Positions 12,390-25,325 of a DNA stretch of 64,000 nt are shown piece after piece; within the stretch, counting starts at the first letter, position 1; the number at the start of each line of letters is the position of its first letter. The notes under the pieces are model-generated. The model was not told the origin of the DNA, ran no database searches, and saw only the letters and a list, made by a program, of their open reading frames with translations. The stretch lies in the NCBI RefSeq assembly GCF_009914755.1, contig NC_060925.1. One strand, given 5' to 3'. This DNA comes from the human T2T-CHM13v2.0 reference genome, Homo sapiens. The position numbers were made by a program, and so were the translations under genes.

Positions 12390-12905
12390 ACATATCAGTT
12401 TCTGTATTTGTAAGAATTCTGTAGCAAGTGACAGAAACGCTGTTGAGATTAATGTAGGCTAAGAAGAAATTTATTGACTTACATACATTAAAATCCAGGC
12501 ATAGATCAGTAACAGCTAACTTCATGTTCTCAAGTGTTGGTCATTAGAATTATTATTTGGTTCTCTTTTCTTCTGGGTTGGACTTTTTCTCAGCTAGACT
12601 GTCAGTGTAGCGGTGAAGGTAGCTCTGAACCCCGAAGTCATACAGGGTCCTTAAAGCTTCTCATCTTTTTGGAGTCTAATAACAAATCTCATGCAGGGAC
12701 TTTGGCCCTGTGCCCATCTCTTGGACCAATTATTGTAGAGAGAGGAGAGGACAATGAAGTGCCATGATTGGTCAGGCGTGGGGACATGTCTACCCTTGCA
12801 GCTGGGTATAAATAGCATAATATGATTAATAACTGTAGCAGAACCCCAAGACGTAAGGGAGGGGGAGTTCCTGAAAGGGTGGGATGCCAAGGAATCAATA
12901 CTACA
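12390..12905 (-). mobile_element. Old MaLR LTR remnant (MLT1-like)
   Basis: GTAGCAAGTGACAGAAAC...AAGAAATTTATTGACT and TGATTGGTCAGGCGTGGGGACATGTCTACCCTTG motifs typical of reverse-strand MLT1J/K/L. Confidence 0.5.
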
Positions 12906-15900
12906 GGAAATGATCTCTTTTAAAACATTTAATCTCTCTTACTTGGAGGCCAGCAGTAGTACACAGTTGTCATAAAACTATCATTTTTAGAAAAACAGAT
13001 ATTGGCTGTAAACCAAAACTGATTTGATTTCTAGGCACTGCTTTTACTCAAATATTTAAATAAAAAATTGCTTTTATTTAAAAGTTATTTCTTTAAAAAA
13101 TTGAAATACTGATACCTTAATGTGCACAATTTAAAAGTATTTCTTGTAATTTTTATTTAATTTTCTTTAAAAAAATTAAATAAGATTCTCTAAAATCAAT
13201 GCTGTTGATTTTTAGGGAGATGGAATACTTTGGAAGATTAACAGTCTTTGGCATTGAGAAAAATATTATTAGCCTAGTTAAACAATTACGTTTTTAAAAC
13301 AATTTTATTCTACCATTTTGAAAATGAAATTCTAAACGAATTACTTTCCAAGGTGTTTTGCTTTTAAAACAATGGTCTTTTTAAACACAAATTGAGACAA
13401 TGTCATTATTGTAGTATTTCTGAGGGCTCCCTAATAATACTTTTTAACCATGATTTCGTGGAAATTATGTGAAAGGAACTACTTCACTGACTCTTATATA
13501 AAATGGGTATATAAGAGTTTTGAAACATTACTTAAGTATGGTGTCATGTGGTAACTGTTTAATTACCAAAAATGTTATTTGGCAGATATTGCAGGATAAA
13601 ATCTGATCCCCTTTTTAAAGTTTTTTATAGCCTCCACTGGGAGAACAGAGGTACTCAGAGCAGGGGTAGACAGTTGAAAGAGAGGGGTGGGTGCTCCAAA
13701 TAACATTTCATACTATTTTTATATTCTATTACTGTATCAATGTCTTCAGCTTTGGTGCCATAAAAATAATAATTTTAGTAATAACTTTGAGTTTATATAT
13801 GCCATGCACAGTAGGAGTTTTGTAGTTTTGCCAAGTGTCATCTGGTAGTTGGATCTTTAGTGAATATTAAATGTTGGTAGATTATTGGTGAATGCACTTA
13901 CTGTACATAAAAATGAACATTCATGGAATTGGGTGTGATTTGCCAGTAAGAATCATCATAGCAAGTACTTTGTATTGTTAGATTAGTTTGGGCACCCTTC
14001 GGATGACTTTAGACCATATTTGGAAAATTACTGCTTCTACTTCAAAAGCCTGTAATAATTAGAGTTCTCCAATATTAATTCCATATATTGATTAATTAAG
14101 CCATGAAATCTAGTAAAATGATATAGTCTTTATTACCTCTGTTCACAGAATTGTATCTCAATCCAACTTGGTAGCTTTCAGCAGAACACTTTGTCAAAAT
14201 ATTATTAATTTTAGCTAAGAATTCTATTCACTAATTTCAGTGTTTAAGTTAGAATGCACATGCTAGTGAAAATTTTAATTTCCTTTGAATAGAATTAGAT
14301 TTGCTAACTAGAGCAATCTCACAATGTAATGCTGATGACTGAAATGACACTTCAGCCTCCCTTGGGTGACAACCCTAAGTTTAGACAACCTTACTCTAAT
14401 AGGAATATTGAGGACTTATCACAACATATTAGCTGTCATTTAGAGTAATAACTTCCATGTCAGGGCATTTTATACCTGTCTTATTTGGTTTATAAGGATG
14501 TATATATTAGCATTCATGTTTTCTTATAAAGAACTTTATATATTTTTATTCTCTATGAGTCAGATATTATCATCTTCCTTTACACATGAGAAAATTGAGT
14601 TAGAGAGATTAACACGTGAAAGTTCACACAGACTCACAGGAAGAATTATGAACTGACACAGCGTTGAGTCTTTCTTTACTTTCTGGATAGAATATTAGTT
14701 CATTATATCCAAAAAACCTGTCTTCCTTTTTCTAGTAAAAGGAAAAAGCACAATTCTGAATTGTTTGCGTGGGTGTTAAATGCAGTAAAACACTGGGCAA
14801 GTACTTACAATAAAGGCTTCACTGCTTGGTTCTGTTTCAAAACAGAGTTTGTGGCCGTGCAGTTTAATCTGTACAGCTAAGCTGCATGATAAAGTAGTTA
14901 TTTCCAAGAATTGCTAATCAAGCAGAAAGTTAGTATTCTTGCTACATTTGTAAGAGAATATTTTCAGCAGAATATTTTTATTGCGGAAAATATTCTCTAT
15001 AATATGTAAAAGCCCAGATAAATATATTAGATACATATTTTAGGATAAATATACTTGGGAAAATTGCATATTAGAAATAATATTTTGTTCTTGTGTTTCC
15101 TTTCTACTTCCTCTGTAATTCACTCACCAGGAAGGTGTTAGCACATTTACTGAGAGCCTAGAAAATGTTCTGGTGAATGTAGAAAGGAACGTACTTTAGA
15201 ATTAGGGATCTTTTATAAGTATGCAGACCCTTCTCACAAAAGTACACTTTGCTTGAATAAAATTTAGCTAAGCTAGGTAAAAGAATAACTCATTGCATTT
15301 AAGTAGACCTTTCTCCTTCTAGACTTCGAGTATTGCACACCTAAGATGGATCCTTTGAAGAGGCAGGTAAAGCAGGTTGTGGATTGTTGGAACCTCTTAT
15401 TCTTTAAGTGTTTACGCTGTTATGTTTTCTCTCTGGGCTAAAGTCAGTCACTTGAGTGGAAGGAAACACAGCAATCCAATCTTAGTATATGGATAAACAA
15501 TTCGAGGCTTAGCAATGGCAGAAGTCATAGCATAAGCATGGTAGAGCAGAGACTAGAACTCAGATTGTTTAGTTCCTTTCATTGTTCTAGTTTCTGGCAT
15601 AAGAATTTGTGTAGAAAATTGGCGAAAAAAGGACCTGTTAAACATATTCTGTTTCTTTATGAAATCTGCATTCTCTTGGAACTAAGTGTAATGTGCTAGA
15701 CTCAGTTTGTTAGGCCATCAGTGTGCATGAATGTGGTTAGAGGCAGTGGTATCCCCGAACCTGCAGCACAGGAAAGAATTTTAATCATTATATGCCATGG
15801 ATTTTCAGGGCATTTTAAGCCTTTATAATGGTGTAACTTGTGATTAAGATTTACACAGTCAAAATTGTTAGCTGGTATAATAGCTGAATAGTTAAGTATT

Positions 15901-16899
15901 TATTTTGGTTAGTTACTTTAGCTTTAGCTTTGAAAAATCATTTTTCCTATCGGAGATTCTTCACAATGCTTTCAGTAAAATGTTTCTGAATAGTTCCTGC
16001 TATATGGTAGACTGCTAACACTGTTTCTTGCTCTCTCTGTGGGGCTGATGCTACAAGTCTGATTTAGAGTCAGCTGTGCTTTTATTTTTTTCCTTGAGTG
16101 ACTAGGGGATGCATTGGGGGAAGATAAATTTTAGGGCAAGAGGACACTCAGGGTTGTGGGAGATGAACTGTCAAGGATACCTTTGGCTCACTGTCCTCAA
16201 GCTTGTTCGGCTGCAGTGATGGCATAACTGAGAAGAGGGATTGTGCTCTTGCTGGGTGCGGGACAAGAAGATGTCTCAGGCCACGTAAAGCTGGCCACAG
16301 CAGAGGACAAGGTATTCCCTGTGAGGCAAAACTGAAGAAAGGGGATTGAGGTGGCAGTTCTGGGGAAACTATGTTTGTTAGGTAGACTAATGGGAATGAT
16401 GGAGTCTTGCTTGGGCTCTTTGTAGGTCAGTGGAAGAACAGCATGAATGTGGACATGAAAAAATCTTTCTGCAATCCATTTACCACATACTCCTTTGCAA
16501 TATCAGTCAGGGTTCAGTGCAGGAAACAGAAGGGGATATAATGCAGGGAATTAATTGCTTAGGGAATCTTTTGAAAGGGCTGGAGGGCTGGGCTCTAGAC
16601 TGAGCCTCTGAGAATGATTTCCAGGACACCTTGAAACAGTCCACAGTGGGAGCTGCCACCTCTGCTTGAGTCAGGAAAGTGGCAATCAGGAGGTTGCTAC
16701 TGAAACAGTGGCAAGAAAATGCTACTGTAGCTGTGATCCAGGTGATCAGGGCAGCCACTGCTGTTAACATTGTAACTGCTGGAAGTCTGGAATGTAGGAT
16801 CTGGCCATTGCTGTGACAGCTTCTCCTTGATGCTAGTGAACTGGTGACTAGATGCTGTTATGATGAATCTGGTCCCTGCTGCCTTTGCCATTGTCTCTA

Positions 16900-17062
16900 A
16901 AATAATTAGAAAATGATTAATTATGTTTTTAATATAATTTAATTGTAATTTTATGCAACTAAATTCTTAATAGTGGCTGTGTTTGACAACTGATTTGTGA
17001 AATTCATAAAAATTTAATAATTGGCCTTGCAAGAGAGTACAGCCAACTCCATTGCATCACTG
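16900..17062 (-). mobile_element. hAT DNA-transposon end, MER63-like (copy A)
   Basis: Reverse complement reads GAGTTGGCTGTACTCTCTTGCAAGGCCAATTATTAAATTTT...GTTGTCAAACACAGCC; it is nested in an older LTR-like sequence (~16500-17360). Confidence 0.55.
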
Positions 17063-17798
17063 TAAAACCTCCTAGCTGACGGTTCTACTCCTTAATTGAA
17101 AATTCTCTCTTTTTTGTTTTAGTTCAAAGCTGGAGACTGGATACTGACATGTTCATGACCTTGTGTACAAGCTGAAAGCTGCTGAAAGCTACAGGCCAAT
17201 GGGGCTCTGCTTTACTTCTGCCTTCCATATCTTGTGTCCTGCATCTTAATGGTGGAATCAGATTTGCATCCAGAATACTAGCTATAAAGGAGTCTGGAAA
17301 AGACAGTTTTTAGTTTTCCAACTTCTGCGTTTCAGGAAGGCATACTACAAGGAGGAAGTCGCTGAGTGATAGCTGATCCTTTCCCAGGCACTCATCTTCT
17401 TAAACATAGTATATTAATTACAATTTAGCCCATTCTTGATGGCTCATTGTCATTTCTGTGAGCTTCTCTTTTCATAATGGCCTGTAGTTGGAATAATCAT
17501 AGGGCCAAGGGATTTTAACATCTGTAGTAACTTTTTGTCCTAGGTTAGCTTGTATCTCTCCCACCTCCCATAACTGCTGCTGAGACATCTATGTTTGATA
17601 TCATTTGACGTCAACCTCCCCTGCAAGCCACAGGCAGGGAGAGCACCTCACCCAAAGCAACCAGTTTATTGGCTGGTCAGCAACCTGTGATTTCTGTAGC
17701 TTAAAAAGATGAGTGGGGCTTATTGTCTTTTGAACTAAGACAAAAAGGAAAGAATTTCCAATTAAGGGTGGGAGCTTCAGCTGAGAGGTTTTGAAGTG

Positions 17799-18075
17799 AG
17801 TTGGCTGTATTCTTTTGCAAGACCAATTGTTAAATTTTCAAGAATTTTGTGAGTTGTCAAACAGCCATTTTTAAGAATTAAGTTGCATAATAATTTAATA
17901 AAAACAAAGATAAATACTCAAAACAAATTATTTCCTAATTATTTGCCCACATTTTACAATTATCTATGCTTTTGAATTTCTTTATATCTACTATATCTGT
18001 ATGGTAGAAACACTATATAGTGGTTTGCTACTGTGCATATCTTCCCAGCTCCCTTTTCACTGTTATCACAGTTGA
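17799..18075 (+). mobile_element. hAT DNA-transposon fragment, MER63-like (copy B)
   Basis: GAGTTGGCTGTATTCTTTTGCAAGACCAATTGTTAAATTTTCAAGAATTTT...AAATACTCAAAAC...GCTACTGTGCATATCTTCCCAGCTCC. Confidence 0.6.
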
Positions 18076-18665
18076 CTATGGTGGTAGTTGTTGGCATTTC
18101 CTGAACATATCACACTGATTGTGGGGGCGGGGAGGGAGAATCAAAGTTGGAGAGGTCATGAGAAACCATGTACAAACTAAAATTATGGGAGAAGAAACTA
18201 TGAGTGAAACGATGAGAAAAACCTAATGCATGATGTAGAACTGAGTGGTGTTAATAGCAGAGCACTGGAGGGAAGGGCCACAAAACTCTTCACCCCAAGG
18301 TCTAGAATCATTCTAGAATCATCCTACAAGCCTAGTTTTCATGAGATTCAGCCCTATTTTATTTCTTGCTCTTGGAATTATATGAAATTACGAATTTCTG
18401 TGTGTTGCCAGCTGTAATAGAATACCCTGGAATTTTATTTACTTTTAATTTTGTTTATTTATTTATGCTTATGTGCCATCTTCTCATGAAAAAGAGGCAG
18501 TATGTTAAAAGTTTGAGTTCAGATTTTCTGATGTAGATAAATAAGCTAAAGAAGGCAGGGTGAAGTGTGATATATGAGAATTTCCAGAGCAGGGTATTCG
18601 TAACTTGTAAGTATTTAGTCCAAGTTCCCTCTCCCAACACATTTTACACTAGAATAAGATTGAAA

Positions 18666-18959
18666 GGCCAGATGTGGTGGCTCACGCCTGAAATCACTTT
18701 GGGAGGCCAAGGCAAGTGGATTGCTTGAGCCCAGGAGTTCAAGACCAGCCTGGGCTACATGGCGGAACCCCATCTCTACAAAAAAATACAATAAAAGGTA
18801 ACTGGGCATGGTGGTGTGTGCCTGTATTCCCAGCTACTTGGGAGGCTAAAGTGGGAGGATCACTTGAACCCAGGCAGGTCGAGGCTGCAGTGAGCCATGC
18901 TTGTACCTGCATACTGCCTGGGCAACAGAGTGAAACTGTCTCAAAAAAAAAAAAAAAAA
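18666..18959 (+). mobile_element. Alu (J-like), full-length dimer
   Basis: GGCCAGATGTGGTGGCTCACGCCTG...GGATTGCTTGAGCCCAGGAG...poly(A); degenerate TSD aagattgaa / aagactgaa. Confidence 0.9.
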
Positions 18960-19613
18960 GACTGAAGGCTGTCTTGAGGAATGCCACTTATAAATACATT
19001 TTTAAAAATTCAGTAATATTTTTCATGTATAAACATTGTGGAGACTATTGTAGTTGCTTGTACAATACTGGGGCATTGGTGATATCTGTCTCTTTACTAT
19101 TGTAGCTCCTGCCTACGCCTTTAGTAACTGCTAAGGTGCAGACTGTAGATCTGGACTGTCTGTGTCTGTGGCTCACAACCTCAACTTCTCTGCTGCCTTT
19201 GATTTGCTCCCTCTGCAGTTTTGTTTTCTCTGTACTCCGATTGCTTCTCCCATGCTTCTCTGCTTTCCAAAGAAAAAACTGACCTTGTATAGATCCTGTC
19301 AGCTGATTGCAGTGCTCTTAACTTCTCCATTGTGAGTTGTTCAGTCTGAGGAGTTAGGTATAAACCCAGAGTGGTATTCTCTTTTCTGTTGTGTTTGGTT
19401 TTGCTTACATATTCAGGAGCTGCTCTTTACCCCCAGAACATCCGTATATATGTTTTTTTCTGTTTCTAGATTTAAAAATATTCCAGAAGCCTGGCCTCAA
19501 GATAGATAATATTTTACTTTTAATTTGGTGCCCTTGTTTTAGAGATTTGAACTGGATTGCATTTAGTAAACCAAACCCCATCTTTAAAAAAATCATCTTA
19601 AAAAAAAATAGTG

Positions 19614-19930
19614 GGCCGGACATGATGGCTCACATCTGTAAATCCCAGCACTTTGGGAGACTGAGGTGGGAGGACTGCTTGAGCCCAGGAGTTTGAGACC
19701 AGCCTGGGCAACACAGTGAGACCTTTTGTCTACAGAAAAAAAAAAAAAAAAAAATTAGCCGGGTGTGGTGGCACGTGCCTGTAGTTCCAGCTACTCAGGA
19801 GGCTAAGATAAGAGGATCACATGAGCCCAGGAGTTGGAGGCTGCAGTAAATTATGATCGTGCTACTGTACTCCAGCCTGGATGACAGAGCAAGACCCTAT
19901 CTCTAAGAAAAAAAAAAAAGGAAAAAAAAA
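19614..19930 (+). mobile_element. Alu (J-like), full-length dimer with expanded middle A-run
   Basis: GGCCGGACATGATGGCTCAC...CCCAGCACTTTGGGAG...A-tail. Confidence 0.9.
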
Positions 19931-20087
19931 CTGGTTCAAATTGGATTTTTCTATTCTTTCATAAGATGATAAATGAAAAAAAAAAGAAAATAGATTTTTG
20001 AAAAGCAAATAATCTCTTGGAATTTCTTATTAAAGTATAAAAAATTATCTAATTGAGGCATGTTAATCCAATATTAAAGTATTAAAG

Positions 20088-20222
20088 GCTGAGTGTGGTG
20101 GCACAGGCTTATAGTCCCAGCTACTCATGAGATTTGAGACCAGGTGAACTGCCTGAGTTCAAGACCAGCCTGAGCAACATAGTGAGACCCTGTCTCTAAA
20201 AACAGGTAAATAAAAAAAAAAA
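20088..20222 (+). mobile_element. Alu monomer (FLAM/FRAM-like)
   Basis: GGCTGAGTGTGGTGGCAC...GAGTTCAAGACCAGCCTGAGCAACATAGTGAGACCCTGTCTC plus A tail. Confidence 0.75.
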
Positions 20223-20279
20223 TTTCCTCTGATTACAGGAGATAGGTAGAAAAAATGTGTTACAGTGCAGATGAGAATT

Positions 20280-20900
20280 TCCTTAGCACTTTTAATGTGA
20301 AGTTTATTTAGATTGGGTGGCCAGGGAAAGCATCCCTGAGGAGGGGACATGTCCATTGTGAGTTGAATGACTGGGAGGCAGGCATCTGCCCTCTGAAAAT
20401 TTTTTACTCAGAGAGAATTGTAAAACACAAATATGAGAACCTGGTTCGATATAGGAATAGAAAGGCTGATATGGCTGGCACCAACTAAATGAGGGGTGAA
20501 AGTGAGAGGGATCAGATTGAAGAAGTAGACGGGGACCAGTGGGGGTCTGTTAGCCACAGTAAGGGGTTTGGATTTTATTTATTCTTAATGCCACTGGAAA
20601 GTATAAAGTTGGAGAATGATTGGTATGTATGTCAAAAAGTCATTGTTTGTGATGTGGAAGGAGGGCAAGAGTGGAAGAAGGGAAACCCTTTAGTTTGGAT
20701 GAAAATAAATGATGGCTTGGACTTATAAGAATAGTGGCAGTGAAATGAAGTGGATAGATTTGAGATATGTTTTTAAAGAGGAACTAAATAAGACTTAACT
20801 GATTGATTGCAGGTAAGGAAGGGAGAGGACTTCAAGAGAACCTCTAGGTTTTTGCTTTGAGTAACTGGTGGTGGTACTATTTCCAGGAATAGGAAAGACA
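20280..20900. mobile_element. L2 LINE remnant
   Basis: Purine-rich L2 motifs: TAAGGGGTTTGGATTTTAT, GATGGCTTGGACT...GTGGCAGTG...GAAGTGGATAGATTTGAGATATGTTTT. Confidence 0.6.
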
Positions 20901-22818
20901 GGAGGTTGGGTGGAGTGATCAGATTTTTTGTGTGAAGGAGATATATCTACCACCAAGATTATTTTCTTAACTTTTTACTGTACTTGCTTTATTATACATT
21001 AACCTATTCCTCCATCCATCAATCTGTCTTTTTTTTTTTTATGCCTTTCAATGTAAATTGCAATGCATTTCCACAAGAAAGGCTTTTAAGTGCCCAGTTT
21101 TTCTAATTTTACAGATGAGAAAACTAAACCTTGGAGAAAAATATGCTCAAGGTCGTATAGCTAGTTACTGGTGAATCTAGGATCAGCATGCAGGTTACCA
21201 TTAGTTCAGGACTCTAATTTGATTATATTTTAGCTTGTAAGAATAAAAGTGAAATTTGGAAATGGGACAAGTTTTCCCACGAACTCGTTTATGTGCTAAA
21301 ATATCTTAGACCCAAATTTCTATGTCAAAAATGCAAAAGATGTAGTACTACAGTTGCATTTGACTGGATTACAATGTTAGCACGGCACTTAGGACTTGTT
21401 GGAAAGTACCTTCTAATGTTGTAGAATTGGAACATTTTCAGATGTTTGGTTCAGGAAGGTAGCTTGGGATTCTTCCAAGCATTAATCCTCTTATTGGCAA
21501 GGCATTTGGATTTTAATTAGCAAATGTGCCTTGCATACCTACTATGCACTAAGCCCCATGCAAGGCCCAGATACCATAAAAGAGAATGATTCAAGTTCCG
21601 TACTTCAAAGTAATTCAGCCTTTGACTTCTGTGTCAATTTTCTGAAATTTCTCTTTTTTTGCTGTATGTTTGTTTAAAAATATAATAAAAACTGAAGTTC
21701 AGAAAGGAAGAGAAGCTTATTCAATCTAGGCAAAACTTCAGCCTCCTTGTTAAAATTTTATGCATATGACTGACATAGGCTACTGAATTGAATCAATAGC
21801 TAGTAGTGTGAAGGGCAAACAGATTTTTCATTTGCTTTGTGTAAGCACTTTATTTTCCAAGGAGTGAAAATAAGCTGTTTTAGTTTCTGTCCTATGGAAT
21901 TAACTAGCTAGGTTATCAGTTAAGTTGGTATCCAACCTGGAAGTTAATGACTTAAGTTGGTACAGAAATATGAGACATGTTTGTCTTTAAAAGTCAAACT
22001 AATTGTCTGTCTTTAAAAGTCAAACTAATTGTCTCATATTGATATTATTTTTATGCTTTCTTGTAAAATAAACATTTTCACTATTGAGCTCTGAGAATTT
22101 GGATTTTGAGGAAATTAACCCAATAGAGCATTATGTTCTTTCCTTGAAGTGGTCATTCTCTGTTCTAAAATTTAATATCCTCCAACAACTCTCTCAGCTC
22201 ATATCTTCCCAAACTCATTTCCCATTAGTACCTAATATGAATACTCAGTTACAGCCAAAGTATTTGTTACACATCTTCAAAATCCAGTCCTAAATTTATT
22301 TCCTTTAGAGATTTTTCTAGGATTAATCTATTACTTTTTATTTCTGTATTTTTCACCCCCAGGATACCTAAATAGTTCTGTACTTTGCCATATATTATTA
22401 TTAATTTTATAGCTATTTAGTGCAGTAATTTAGACCTACCCAGCAGACTGTAGTGATAAAATTGATCTATTTATTACTGATGCTGAAAAAAACTTAGCAA
22501 ATTTAAGTTAATCTGTAAACACTTTCTATACTGGAAGGCATCTTTATACCTTTGACAAGAAGAGTTTCTCTTTGGTGGAAAGTTTCAAGAGGAACACACA
22601 TGGGTTAAAAAAGGATCTGTTCTTTTTTTTTTTCTTTTTTTTTCCAGTTCACTCTCCCAAATTTGACAAGGAAAAAGAGAAATGGAATGGAATTTAGTTC
22701 CTTGTTAGTAAGAATTAGAAAAGTATAAAGGTAGAGGAGACCAAAATTGACATCAATTTGAATTTATTTGGGATATATCTTTCAACTAGAAGTTTACTTT
22801 TAAAAATCTTCTCTTTTT

Positions 22819-23054
22819 GGCTGGGTGTGGTGGTTCACACCTTTAATCCCAGCACTTTGGGAGGCAAGCAGGAGGATTGCTTGAGTCCAGGAGTTCAAGA
22901 CTAGCCTGGGCAACATGGTGAGACCCTGTCTCTACAAAAAATTAAAAAATTAGCCAGGTGTGGTGGTGCATACTTGTGGTTTCAGCTATATGAGAGGCTG
23001 AGGCAAGAGAATCACCTGGGCCCAGGAGGTCAGTGCTCCAGTGAGTCATGTTCA
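22819..23054 (+). mobile_element. Alu (J-like), 3'-truncated with no tail
   Basis: GGCTGGGTGTGGTGGTTCACACCTTTAATCCCAGCACTTTGGGAGG...; Alu similarity ends at CAGTGAGTCATGTTCA. Confidence 0.85.
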
Positions 23055-25173
23055 ACATAGGTAAGATTGTAAAGTGAAATTAACATTTGGTACCTTGTTA
23101 CTTTTTTTCTCCTATCCCATTCTCATTTTTACTTCTTGGTATTACTTTTCTGTGTCTGCACACTGTCTCCTGACTGTCTAGTCTCAGCATCCTTTCTTAT
23201 TGGCACACACTATCACTTGGCATTTTTCCATTGTGTAATAGGTGGGTGTCAGGAAAGTTATTTGATTAATCTGTTCTATACTAGGTTATACTATACTGAT
23301 GTGAGGAATTATCACTGCTAAACCTACTCAGGGATATTTTCCTCTTAACTTCCTGTGTGACCCCAAATAACAGAATTTCAAGCAAGGCTGTAGGAACTTT
23401 TCTGCAAGTCACGCCGTTAAACGTATTCTGCCTAATGTAAATGATTCTGGAAAGTATGAGGAAGATGTTAGTGGTTCCTAGCCTCGTCTTTTATCACCAC
23501 ATTTCTTCAGGCAGCTCCACTTCTCTTGCCTGAAGATGGTCTTTCTCCATGTGTTGTTTTTCTCTGTGTTCTTACCAGAGTCCTCTGTAACAGTATTTTG
23601 TTGTTCAAAATAAATTCATTACGGAATACCCTGCATTTTGAGATTCTTTGTATATACTGAAATATAAGTCAGCTTCATCTTTTCTGAGTGACAATTCTTT
23701 TGAGGCATTGGGAAGCCTCTTATATTAGAAGAAGGTCTAGAGCCTGGATTTTGGTTCTTAGTCCTAAATTTGAATCCTAGGTCTGCCACAGTTCTGTATT
23801 CAAAAGTTCCATAAAGAATCAGGACAAAAAATTGCTACTAACCATTTACCACCCAGAAGCCATAATAATAATTAATTTTATTTTTCTTTTACTATTTTAA
23901 ATTATTTTGGCTGTGACCGTCCTAGACGTGTGAATACATGGTCAAAAAATGTGAACTTTTTGGGAGATCTTGATAATGTTACATTGTATCTTTCTGGCTC
24001 TAGAGCTCTTACATTTTTCATACTAAATTGTCTCAGTCTTTGGGGCTTTATTATTATTATTATTTTATTAGGCAGTGTTAGATCTTGTAGCCAAAAAAAG
24101 ATTTTTTTTTCCTCTTTTGGTTCCAAATAGTCATCTGTTATTTTGGATTATTTGCTGGATTGTTAACTATACAGGAAACTTCCAGGCCTCATCTCACAGC
24201 AATGACTGTCATGTTGATAAACAATTATGATATCCCAGGTTATGTTAACCCTGCCTAAGTAGTTACATGGCCCAGTGAGGATGCCTAGTAGCTATAGGTG
24301 ATTGGTTCTGTTTTGTCTCCTACACCTAAAATTTTGCCATAGGTAACTGTTTTGATAAACATAGGATAGCGTCCTTTTATTCTGTATGTAAAAAAGTACT
24401 ATATGTAAAAAAGGAACTTAACTCCTCACTACCCTGTTTCTGTCCTCTAGACAGCCAGATGGATCTTGTGTAAAAGTAGAAGTAATCTTGGCTATAGAAC
24501 AAGAACTGTTGATATTTCCATTTTAAAAAGTTGAATCAGTCTTAAGTTTGAGTTGGTGAGTAAAACAAAACCAAAACCAAACCTGGGATAAGCTACCAAT
24601 AAGTTACCAAAGTATTTAAAAACTTGACAGATGTAAAACATTAATATATAATTTATTCTTAGCAACTTAATCTGTTTATTGAGTGGCAGTGTTTCAGTAA
24701 TAAAGCTGAGCTATTTGGATACACTGACCTTAATCTAGTGGAAAACAGGAGGCTTTTAAATTGGCACATACACAAATCATCTTAGGATCCATAAAATGCC
24801 TTATTGTTAAATTACTGTTTTTAAGTCTTATATTTTCTCTGACTACTTCTGATAGTATTAGTAGGCATCTCTTACTGTATTTTTTTTTTCAGAAGGCAAA
24901 TTTAGGCCGTTTTTATAAGGTGAATATAGGTAGATTTTCATATGTATTCTGGTATATTGGGAATTACTGCCAATGATTACTTCCCAGATAATCCATTCTA
25001 ACTATCGAGTATCTAGAAATGATATGTTTTAAGTCACGATGATTATTAAAAAACTGCTGAATTAAATAAGCTACACATTTTGCTGGAAATTAAACAAAAC
25101 TTACTCGCTTCTTTGAAGGAAATTGATTTATTCCTTGATTTCTTCTCTGAATCTTGAATACAAATTAATTTTT

Positions 25174-25325
25174 TGGTTTTTTTTTTTTCTATAAAAGTGA
25201 ACTTGGAGACCAGTATAGCACAATATAAAGCAAGGAAAGTTAAAATCAATTAAGAATGCTTTGTTTAAAAAGAGAGAAGACAGAAAATGTACAATTTGTT
25301 TGTGAAAGAATTCCATAGAAATAAC
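25174..25325 (-). other. Putative L1 3'-transduced segment (25189-25325) plus second poly(A) tail (25174-25188)
   Basis: Non-L1 sequence lying between the L1 tail and a second T-tract, inside the 18-bp TSD gaatacaaattaattttt (25156-25173 and 28152-28169). Confidence 0.8.
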
